Positions 49,757-58,319 of a stretch of DNA of 64,000 nt are shown piece by piece. Numbering within the stretch: position 1 is the first letter of the stretch; each line of letters opens with the position of its first letter. The translations under genes were made by a program, and so were the position numbers. This DNA comes from an uncultured virus (IMG/VR IMGVR_UViG_3300001682_000595) (taxonomy: Duplodnaviria > Heunggongvirae > Uroviricota > Caudoviricetes). The notes beneath the pieces were generated by a model, which worked only from the letters and a program-made list of their open reading frames with translations, was not told the DNA's origin and did not search any database. Location of the stretch: IMG/VR virus record IMGVR_UViG_3300001682_000595; one strand, given 5' to 3'.

Positions 49757-52221
49757 GGGATTTCTTAAGAGGTAAGCGGTGCATGGTGTGGAGTTTTATG
49801 GGTAATGCCCGAATGTATGAAGCGCTTTCCAATTATGGAGACCGGTTGGATACGGTGGGTATTTTCACATTTGAAGTGGATGCCACCGGTACTATTTCAG
49901 AAACCGGAACCAGTATCAGCAGTATGATCCCCTACATTCAAAAATGGCTGCATATCAAGTGGCTGCTGACCATTATGAACCATGGAACAGCCTCCGTTTT
50001 TACCGCGCTTCGCAATAACGAGAACGGGGCAAAGGATAAGTTTCTCACCGAGATTATCCGGATCATGAACAAGTACCCATGGTGCGCCGGGGTGGACATC
50101 GATCTGGAGCGCGGCGGCGGGTATGAAAACAAGGATGCGGCAAACGCGCTGTTTAGGGATATCTACCAGACCGTAAAAAACTTCAATCCGGCAAAGATCG
50201 TCAACATCTGCCTGCCCGGTATGACCGGAGTTCAGGGGTCGGTTGGAGGCGAAAACTGGTGCGTATACGCCGATCTTAATGCCTACTGCGATACCGCCGC
50301 CATCATGAGCTACGGCATGGCGTGGGCGGGCTCCGCTCCAGGGCCTGTATCTCCCCGGGACTGGCTGGAGGGCATATATGACTATGCGGTTACCGCGATG
50401 TCACCGGATAAAATCTTCATGGGGCTTCCCGCCTACGGCTGGAACTGGCGGATCCATGACACGCCGGAAAACCTCGGAGTCACCTATCGTGGAGTGTCCA
50501 ACACCTACTATGCGGCTAAATATTGGATGACGGGGGTTTACAATTTTACCGGCGACGCGCCGCCCCAGCCGTTCATTCCGATTGTCGCCTACTGGGACGA
50601 CTACAACAAAGTGTCGTGGGCGCTGCCCCATGTATATGACTATATGGAAGGATGGGATGCCGTATCCTGGGAATACCCGCTGCAAAAAAGTGTATACAAC
50701 AGAAGAAGGTATTTGACAGGCTACGGCAAGGAGCAGAAAACAGAGTTCGGAACTGTCTATATAGACAAAAACGGCGTTCCGGATGAGTATGAGGGGAATG
50801 TCATTGTTACCGGTGAGATGGCTTCGCTGGGAGATGACCAGGCTTCAGCAGAGTACCGGTTTGAGATAACGGAAGCGGGATATTATGATATCGCAGTCAG
50901 GCTTTGCTTTCCCTATTGGGACAAAAATGCGATTGTGGTTTCCCTGGACGGCAATGCGAAGACCTTCAGCGAAAACCGCCTGTGGTGGCCATACTGGAGA
51001 AGGATTTGCTGGATGACCCTTGAAAAGGGTGTATTTCTGACACAGGGTACGCATGCTGTCAGCATAAGCGGAGGCGTACCGGGAGTCCAGTTTTACGGAT
51101 TTCGGGTGTGCAGCAATTTTACAGAGTATCCTTTTGCGGGCGAGGCGGTATATATGCTGTCCCCGAGGCAATTTAAGGATGTAAACGGCGTGATGGCAGA
51201 GCCTGATCGAGGCTTTAAGCTGACCTTTGAAATGCTGCGGAGGAAACCCGACTCGGCCCTCATCTGGTATGAGGATTTCCGGGACAGGAACATACTGCCG
51301 GAAAGCTACTGGACGATCCTTTCCGGGGAGTGGAGCGTGTGGCAGGATCTGGAAAGCGCTGCCGACCGCCCTTATTCCCAGCTTGAAGGGCATGGCGAGC
51401 TTGCATGGAAATACGAAGGGTTTTCCGACGTCCATATCCGGGCAAGGCTGGCCTTTCCCCAAAATAGCAGCGGCCGGGCGGGAGTGTTCCTCGGCGATAT
51501 TTTCTGCTGCCTTAATTATGACACGCAGAGAGTTGAGCTTTATCAGGGCGCTTCCCTGCTTGGAAGCTATTCCACCAGTTTTTCCAAGACTCCGGACGGC
51601 GAGATCCGCACAAACCCCAATATGTACACCATCGAGATGCGAAAACGCGGCAATACGGTCAGGGTCTATTCCGGCGCAGGCTCAACCCTGCGTTTTACGG
51701 CGGCTGTCGGCAATGCAAGCGGTTATGCGGGAATCCGCTCGGACAGCCGAATAGTATGCGAATTGCTGCGGCTGGGCGACGCGTGGGTTTATGAGCCGTA
51801 TGAACGATTTGATGTAGAACTTCCGGATGGCACAACAGCAAGCTTTGGCAGGCTTGCCCGCACGGGCGTCACTTGGGACGAGGAGTTTCAGGTGTTTTCT
51901 GTAAACAGCGACGTGGAGGAACCGGCTACCCGCAGTGAGGATATATCGCTGGACTATGATTTCTTCCACTCGCAGCTTCTGGCGCTTTCCTGCGGCAATG
52001 ACTATGAAGTTAAAATTATCCCGAAGGAGGTAAACATCTGGATATCCCGCCTGTTCCTCGGCGACGCGGACGGTTTTTCCATCCTGTATTATCAGGACGT
52101 AGACAGCCTTGTTTACTGGGCAAACGAAGCGGCTTACCGCTGGAAGCTGCGCGGCATCGCCCTCTGGTCGCTCGGGCAGGAGGATATGCGGCTTTGGGAG
52201 GCGCTCCCGAAGCAGATATAG
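49753..52221 (+). CDS. tail-associated GH18 glycoside hydrolase
   Basis: GVDIDLE; colinear with 30774-33245. Confidence 0.85.
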   Translation: MRDFLRGKRCMVWSFMGNARMYEALSNYGDRLDTVGIFTFEVDATGTISETGTSISSMIPYIQKWLHIKWLLTIMNHGTASVFTALRNNENGAKDKFLTEIIRIMNKYPWCAGVDIDLERGGGYENKDAANALFRDIYQTVKNFNPAKIVNICLPGMTGVQGSVGGENWCVYADLNAYCDTAAIMSYGMAWAGSAPGPVSPRDWLEGIYDYAVTAMSPDKIFMGLPAYGWNWRIHDTPENLGVTYRGVSNTYYAAKYWMTGVYNFTGDAPPQPFIPIVAYWDDYNKVSWALPHVYDYMEGWDAVSWEYPLQKSVYNRRRYLTGYGKEQKTEFGTVYIDKNGVPDEYEGNVIVTGEMASLGDDQASAEYRFEITEAGYYDIAVRLCFPYWDKNAIVVSLDGNAKTFSENRLWWPYWRRICWMTLEKGVFLTQGTHAVSISGGVPGVQFYGFRVCSNFTEYPFAGEAVYMLSPRQFKDVNGVMAEPDRGFKLTFEMLRRKPDSALIWYEDFRDRNILPESYWTILSGEWSVWQDLESAADRPYSQLEGHGELAWKYEGFSDVHIRARLAFPQNSSGRAGVFLGDIFCCLNYDTQRVELYQGASLLGSYSTSFSKTPDGEIRTNPNMYTIEMRKRGNTVRVYSGAGSTLRFTAAVGNASGYAGIRSDSRIVCELLRLGDAWVYEPYERFDVELPDGTTASFGRLARTGVTWDEEFQVFSVNSDVEEPATRSEDISLDYDFFHSQLLALSCGNDYEVKIIPKEVNIWISRLFLGDADGFSILYYQDVDSLVYWANEAAYRWKLRGIALWSLGQEDMRLWEALPKQI

Positions 52222-52308
52222 GGCGGCGGTATTTATATATTCGGCGCTTTGCTTTCAGGCAGGGCGCTTTTTAATATGCAAAATTTGATTGAAACGGAGG
52301 TTTTATCA

Positions 52309-52725
52309 ATGAAAACGGTATGGAACTGGTTGCAGGCGGCCTTTGCCGCCGTCGGCGGTTTCCTCGGCTGGTTTCTCGGCGGGGCGGACGGGTTTCTCTA
52401 TGCTCTCATTGCCTTTGTGGCCATTGACTATCTGACCGGCGTGATGTGTGCGATTGCGGACAGGAAGCTGTCCAGCGAAGTCGGGGCCAAGGGCATCTTC
52501 AAGAAGGTGCTCATTTTTGTGCTGGTGGGCGTGGGGCACATCATTGACAGCCAGGTGCTTGGCGACGGCGGCGCGATCCGGACGGCGGTCATTTTCTTTT
52601 ATTTGAGCAATGAGGGTATTTCCATTCTGGAAAACGCTGCGCACATAGGGCTGCCAATTCCTGAGAAGTTAAAGAACGTACTGGAGCAGTTGCACAACCG
52701 CTCAGATGAGGAGGAAGAAAAATGA
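52309..52725 (+). CDS. phage holin
   Basis: Close homolog of 30281-30694. Confidence 0.92.
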   Translation: MKTVWNWLQAAFAAVGGFLGWFLGGADGFLYALIAFVAIDYLTGVMCAIADRKLSSEVGAKGIFKKVLIFVLVGVGHIIDSQVLGDGGAIRTAVIFFYLSNEGISILENAAHIGLPIPEKLKNVLEQLHNRSDEEEEK

Positions 52726-53447
52726 ACCTGCACAAACTCATTCTGACGAACAACGCCTGCTACAAGGCGGGCAAAACCATTATCCCGAAGGGCATCATGG
52801 TGCATTCCACAGGGGCAAACAATCCATGGCTCAAGCGCTATGTCAGCCCGGATGACGGCCTGCTGGGCAAAAATCCGTACAACAACCATTGGAACCAGGA
52901 CAGGCCGGACGGGCGGCAGGTCTGCGTCCACGCCTTTATCGGCAAGCTGGCGGATGGCAGCATCGCTGCCTACCAGACGCTTCCGTGGAATATGCGCGGC
53001 TGGCACTGCGGCGGCTCCGGCAATGACACGCACATAGGGTTTGAGATCTGCGAGGACGGTTTAACCGACGCCTCGTATTTTAATGCCGTCTACATGGAAG
53101 CTGCGGAGATTTGCGCCTACCTTTGCAGGGAGTATGGGCTGACCGAAAAGGACGTCATTTGCCATTCGGAGGGCTATAAGATGGGCATTGCTTCCAACCA
53201 CAGCGACGTCATGCATTGGTTCCCGAGGTTCGGGAAGTCCATGGATGCGTTCCGCGCCGAGGTAAGGAAGCTGCTTGACGCTGGGGGCAGCCCAAAGACG
53301 TACATTGTAAAGAAGGGCGACTCCCTTTGGGGCATTGCCCGAAAGGAGCTTGGCAGCGGGGCAAGATATCCGGAGATTATGTCCTTAAACGGGCTATCTT
53401 CGACGACGATTTATCCCGGACAGGTTTTGAAGATACCGCCGAAATAG
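52722..53447 (+). CDS. endolysin: Amidase_2 + LysM
   Basis: Amidase as in 29359-30279; YIVKKGDSLWGIA. Confidence 0.92.
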   Translation: MNLHKLILTNNACYKAGKTIIPKGIMVHSTGANNPWLKRYVSPDDGLLGKNPYNNHWNQDRPDGRQVCVHAFIGKLADGSIAAYQTLPWNMRGWHCGGSGNDTHIGFEICEDGLTDASYFNAVYMEAAEICAYLCREYGLTEKDVICHSEGYKMGIASNHSDVMHWFPRFGKSMDAFRAEVRKLLDAGGSPKTYIVKKGDSLWGIARKELGSGARYPEIMSLNGLSSTTIYPGQVLKIPPK

Positions 53448-53530
53448 GGTGCGGGCAATTGATACAATATCATGACAGCGGGGGCGGCGGTTTGGCCGCT
53501 CCCGCTTTAATAATCGGGGAGGTGTTTGTT

Positions 53531-53764
53531 GTGGCGCATGCGGGAACGGTTTCCAAGCATCCGGAGGGATTCGAGGATTATGTGAAAAAGGCGAAGCTTG
53601 CCATGCCGCCGGAGGAGCTGCAGGGGGAACTGGATTACTGGCGTTCCAGGAAAATCCTGCAGAAGATGCTTGACGGGGGCTTGATCACACCGGATGAATT
53701 CCACAAAATCGACGAATTAAACCGCAGATCTTTCTCGCCGAAGCTGGCGCGGCTGATGGCATAA
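53531..53764 (+). CDS. SHOCT-like small protein
   Basis: ML.GGLITPDEFHKI; GGAGG RBS. Confidence 0.7.
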   Translation: MAHAGTVSKHPEGFEDYVKKAKLAMPPEELQGELDYWRSRKILQKMLDGGLITPDEFHKIDELNRRSFSPKLARLMA

Positions 53765-53821
53765 TTGCCTTGCTATTATTAATGCTCAGAGGTATCATGT
53801 CCACCCCGGGAGGAGGTGAAA

Positions 53822-55390
53822 ATGATGCGAAAAGTTATGAAGATAGAAGCGGGCGGGGACAGGTTTGTTTCAGCCTTAAAGCTTCGGGTGGCGGCATATT
53901 GCCGCGTTTCCACCGACAATGACGACCAGCTTTTAAGCCTTGAGGCGCAAAAGCAGCACTATGAAAAAATCATCAGGGACAATCCGGAGTGGGAGTTTGC
54001 GGGGCTCTACTGCGACGAGGGCATCTCAGGCACCAAAAAGGAAAACCGCGACGGGCTTTTGAGGCTCCTGCGGGACTGCGAGAAGCATAAGATAGACTTC
54101 ATCATTACCAAGTCCATCAGCCGGTTTGCGAGAAATACCGCCGACTGCCTTGAAATCGTCCGCAGGCTTTCGGAACTTGGCGTTTTCATCTATTTTGAAA
54201 AGGAGAACATCAACACGCGCGCCATGGACAGCGAGCTCTTGCTTTCGGTGCTCAGCAGCCTTGCGGAAAACGAGTCGGTTTCCATCTCACAGAACAACAA
54301 ATGGGGCATTAAGAAGAGGTTCCAAAGCGGGACATACAGGCAGGCCATAGCCCCCTACGGATACGACAAGGTTGGCTGCACGCTGGTTCCAAACCCCGAG
54401 GAAGCGCCGGTCATAAAGCGCATTTTCCGGCAGGCGCTTTCCGGTGTGGGGGTGTATAAGATTGCGAAGGGGCTCAATGAGGACGGGATTGCCGGACGAA
54501 ACGGCAATCCATGGTCTGCCGGAACCGTCCGCGGCATATTGACAAACGAAAGGTACATAGGCGACCTGCTTTTGCAGAAAACCTACACCGACGACAGTTT
54601 CAGGCGGCGCAAAAACGGCGGCGAGCTTGACATGTACTATATGAAGGACCACCACGAGCCGCTTGTCAGCCGTGAGGATTTCGAGGCGGCAAAAAGGATG
54701 CTCGACCAGCACGCCAGGGAAAAAGGCATCGTGAGGGACGGGCGCAAATACAACGCGCGCTACCCGTTTTCGGGCCGGATCACCTGCGGGCAGTGCGGCG
54801 GGACATTCAAAAGGCGCATCCACCATGCTGGCAGGCAAAGCGAATATGTATCATGGTGCTGCGGCACGCATATTGAGGATATATCCGCGTGCTCCATGCT
54901 GTTTGTGCGGGAGGAGCACATCAGGAAAGCCTTTGTCAACATGACAAACCGGCTTTATTCCGGGCTGGACATGGTGCTGAAGCCTTTGACGGAGGCGCTG
55001 CGCAGGCAGGACGGCGACGGGTATTTTGCAAGGCTGGACGATATCGAAAGACTGATTAGTAAAAATACCGAGCGGGCGCAGGTGCTGGCGGGCCTTATGG
55101 CCAAAGGCTATCTTGAGCCCGCTCTTTTCAATTCGCAGGCAAACGCGCTCAAGCAGGAGGCGGAAAGGCTGAAAAAGGAAAAGGCGGCGCTTTTAGCCGC
55201 AATCGGCGAATTCTCGGCGGTTTCGGCGGCCGAGGAGGTCTATCGCTACCTTTCCCGGCGTGGATACATGGAGGAATTTGACGGCGATTTCTATGACCGC
55301 TTTGTGGAGGGCATGACGGTCTTCTCCCCTGTTGAAATCGGCTTTCGCTTAAAATGCGGCCTTGTCCTGCGGGAAAGGATGGAAAGGTAA
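53822..55390 (+). CDS. large serine recombinase (first of trio, element C)
   Basis: [29 protein letters not shown]. Confidence 0.95.
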   Translation: MMRKVMKIEAGGDRFVSALKLRVAAYCRVSTDNDDQLLSLEAQKQHYEKIIRDNPEWEFAGLYCDEGISGTKKENRDGLLRLLRDCEKHKIDFIITKSISRFARNTADCLEIVRRLSELGVFIYFEKENINTRAMDSELLLSVLSSLAENESVSISQNNKWGIKKRFQSGTYRQAIAPYGYDKVGCTLVPNPEEAPVIKRIFRQALSGVGVYKIAKGLNEDGIAGRNGNPWSAGTVRGILTNERYIGDLLLQKTYTDDSFRRRKNGGELDMYYMKDHHEPLVSREDFEAAKRMLDQHAREKGIVRDGRKYNARYPFSGRITCGQCGGTFKRRIHHAGRQSEYVSWCCGTHIEDISACSMLFVREEHIRKAFVNMTNRLYSGLDMVLKPLTEALRRQDGDGYFARLDDIERLISKNTERAQVLAGLMAKGYLEPALFNSQANALKQEAERLKKEKAALLAAIGEFSAVSAAEEVYRYLSRRGYMEEFDGDFYDRFVEGMTVFSPVEIGFRLKCGLVLRERMER

Positions 55391-56263
55391 TGAGGCATAT
55401 ACCTTACGGATACAGGATTAAAAACGGCCGGGCCGTTTTGGATGCAGACGAGGCGCGGCGGGTAAGGATGTTTTTTGAAGATTACCTGAATGGCGCGTCG
55501 CAGCAGGAAGCGGCAAGGCAAAACGGCATCCGCCGGGCGCAGGCGACCCTGGGCAAGATGCTGCGGGATAAAAAATATACGGGCGACGGCTTTTATCCTC
55601 CGGTCATATCTCAGGAAACCTTCGACCGGGCGCAGGAGGAGCGCAAGCGCCGTGAAAAAAGCCTTGGCCGGGACAAGAATTTCTTTGCCAAAGACAAAGA
55701 GGGCATATCCCCTTTCTGGGGTCTTGTGTTTTGCGGAAAGTGCGGCGGCGAATACCGCCGCTACGCCGACGGCGGAAGAAACCGATGGGCCTGCATCCGG
55801 CGAGCAAAGCGGCGCGATTTGCATGAAAATTGCCCGATGATCTCCGAGGCGGCGCTTGAAAAAGCGTTTATGGAGCTTTTGCGGTCTATTGATTTATCTG
55901 ACTTGCAGGACGGCCCGAAAAAGGCCGCGCCGGATATTGAAGCAAAATATGACGACCCGGTAAAGCAGGCGGAGTACGCGTATTCGCTTATCGAAATAGA
56001 CGACTTTGCTTATCTGACGAAAAAGCTTAAAAAAAAAGCTTAAAAAGCTGCTCATGGAAGCGCCGCCGGTCTTCGATGGGGAGTATATGAAAAGCGTCGT
56101 CCGGCGCATAACGGTATGCGGGGACAGGGCGGAGTTTGAGCTTTTAAACGGCAAAACCTACGGAAAGGAGCTGAGTTTGGGTGCTGCAGACGGCAAGGAA
56201 CGTGTCGGTCATACCGGCGCGAAGAAATATGCACCTGGCGGCGGAGGACAGCGCCGGGCATAA
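55390..56263 (+). pseudogene. middle recombinase-domain protein with zinc ribbon, frameshifted by a 13-nt duplication
   Basis: HIPYGY, CGKCG; AAAAAGCTTAAAAA duplicated at 56020-56046. Confidence 0.75.
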
Positions 56264-56400
56264 GCTGCGGGTGGCGGCCTACTGCCGCGTTTCCACAGAC
56301 GAAGAGGAACAGGCCTCCAGCTACGAGGTGCAAATCGAGCATTACACGTCTTTCATACAGGGCAATCCGGAGTGGGAGCTGGCGGGCATATTTGCCGATG
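56181..56400 (+). pseudogene. N-terminal fragment of the third serine recombinase, interrupted after LAGIFAD
   Basis: Matches 25382-26950 up to FAD, then similarity is lost. Confidence 0.85.
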
Positions 56401-56666
56401 TAGGCACGCCTTATGGACTAAACACCAAAGCCCATAAATGCCTGATTTTGCAGGAATCTATCGGAGCTTTTCTCCTTGAGAAGATCCCAAGTGGTCGGAA
56501 GGCAGATGTTACCTGGACATGGATGACTATTTCACATGGCGTAATAGCCAGGTAGAATCCTGCACCTTCGGCAAATATCTTAACTTGAAACTACCATTCG
56601 CCCGGTTTGTTTTTACACACAAATTAGGACTTGGCCCTCCATTTACTTACATCTCGATGTGCGCTA

Positions 56667-57305
56667 TTAATCATCCCATCCACGGTTCTCCGTGTACAGA
56701 TCGTCCATCCATCCATCGTCATAGACTGATCCTTCGCCCTTATAGGGTACAGCGCGGGGTTTGCCCATTTCATATAACCTGCAAGACTTTGGGCCATAGC
56801 AAAAACTTTCGAATCGGTACTTCATACTCACACCCCAGTCATATTCAATCTCGACCGCCGACATCGTTGCCCAAGCGCATTGAAAGCATTTGCCTTTATA
56901 GCTACTCGCGCTCAGCATTCTTGCGCCGCGCCATTTATAGGTTGCCATATCGGGCGGTTCTATCAAATACGGCGGCGGAGTGGGTTCGGTTTGTTCTGCC
57001 TTCTTTGTGATTTTCAAACCTCCGGCACGGTAGTAATCGGCATATTCGCTGACATCATACATTTTCGTTCACGCAGTGCCTTTGCCCTCGTCGCCAATGC
57101 GGAAGATAAGTTTTATTTGTTGCTTTTCAGATATGGCAACAGAAAACTGAGACTTAATCCCATTCACTTCACCGTCAAGGAAAAGATTGTAGCCGCGATG
57201 ATAGTGGGTACGGTTATCCAGCTTATATCGCCATACGGTCGTACGCGGTTGGATTGACACGATCGTTCCTCGCCATTCAATTTTTTTAAGTTCATTAGCT
57301 TTCAT
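56667..57305 (-). pseudogene. hypothetical protein interrupted by one in-frame TGA (57069-57071)
   Basis: ORFs 57069-57305 and 56667-57062 are in the same frame: GTA*TKMYDV. Confidence 0.6.
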
Positions 57306-57413
57306 TTTTGCATTCTCATTTTCGGGTTAATAATGTTGAACTTGGCAAGAATAACGCGATCTTAAGGCATATTAGAATAGATAGTTTTAATTACATCAAT
57401 TCAAACGTCCAAA

Positions 57414-58307
57414 TCAATCACTTGTCTTCTCAAGATTTTTAAGCGGAATACCTTCTTTGGTTCTCCACATCTCGTTTCCGCTTAGGCTTGACCCGCCGAC
57501 AAATGCGGCGGCGGCTGAAGGGCTTGAGAGCAGCACATCTTCTGTCAAAGTATTACTCGCGTCAATTTTATCGCTATACTTTTTTCGTGCCTTTATAGCG
57601 ACTTCTGGACAGCTCTTTGCGATTTTCTGTGAAAGAATACTGCCTTTTAAAACTACGAACCCCTCGCTTGTTCGCCGACCAGTCGCTTTTGCATTTGTAT
57701 TCTCGAAATAAAGCAGGGGTTCTTCGACCACGGGGTAATCTCCAGCGATAGAAACGGGCGATACAGCTACAAGTGGCTCAAATACCCTATGCCCCAGCGT
57801 ACCCATCACAATACGAGCGTAGTCGACAAACTCCTCCAACTCGCTTTCTTTCTCTTCGGTAATGTTACCGTGCGTTGGATCGTTTCCGTTTTTTACTTCG
57901 TAGCGCTTAGCGGCAAGCGCAAGTCGGCAGAATCGATTTTCAAGGTAACTGATTTCAGTAGGTCCAAAGGAGTTATTTGAGGTAGTAAACACAACAGCCT
58001 CCGTCCAGTAGTCTTTATCAGGGTTACGCTTATGCTCCTGCAGGCGGTAAAGCAAACCCTCGCCGTTCTTACGAGCACCTGCCTGTCCGATATATACTAT
58101 GTTGTTGCCGGTTTGATCGGACGTGCCAAAAAGGAAATAGACGCCGCTCTGCTTGAGGTCGTTGCGCTCTTTACACAAATCCAAAGAAGTACGTGGAATT
58201 TTATAGGCAATGCCGGTCCAGTTTGCAAGCGTGCATTTGATACGCCCGTTCGGCTCGCCATCCATTAAAAAAAGATTGATGCTTTTCCCTCGCGAAGCCA
58301 TAACCAT
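57414..58307 (-). CDS. GIY-YIG nuclease family protein with DUF4357
   Basis: GVYFL...YIGQA; C-terminal SSPSAAA.FV.G.S.SG..W. Confidence 0.85.
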   Translation of the reverse strand: MVMASRGKSINLFLMDGEPNGRIKCTLANWTGIAYKIPRTSLDLCKERNDLKQSGVYFLFGTSDQTGNNIVYIGQAGARKNGEGLLYRLQEHKRNPDKDYWTEAVVFTTSNNSFGPTEISYLENRFCRLALAAKRYEVKNGNDPTHGNITEEKESELEEFVDYARIVMGTLGHRVFEPLVAVSPVSIAGDYPVVEEPLLYFENTNAKATGRRTSEGFVVLKGSILSQKIAKSCPEVAIKARKKYSDKIDASNTLTEDVLLSSPSAAAAFVGGSSLSGNEMWRTKEGIPLKNLEKTSD

Positions 58308-58319
58308 TTGAATAAGAGT

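Noticed and set aside
30774..52221. Diversity-generating retroelement acting on tail genes
   Set aside because: No reverse transcriptase; the paired sequences are whole-gene paralogs, not a TR/VR pair.
29359..53447. Tailocin (phage-tail bacteriocin) locus
   Set aside because: There are no tail tube, sheath or chaperone genes; both modules start abruptly at the TMP and end in integrases, so they are truncated prophages.
56400..56660. Group II intron inserted in the recombinase
   Set aside because: No GTGCG 5' end at the junction, no recognisable domain V and no reverse transcriptase.
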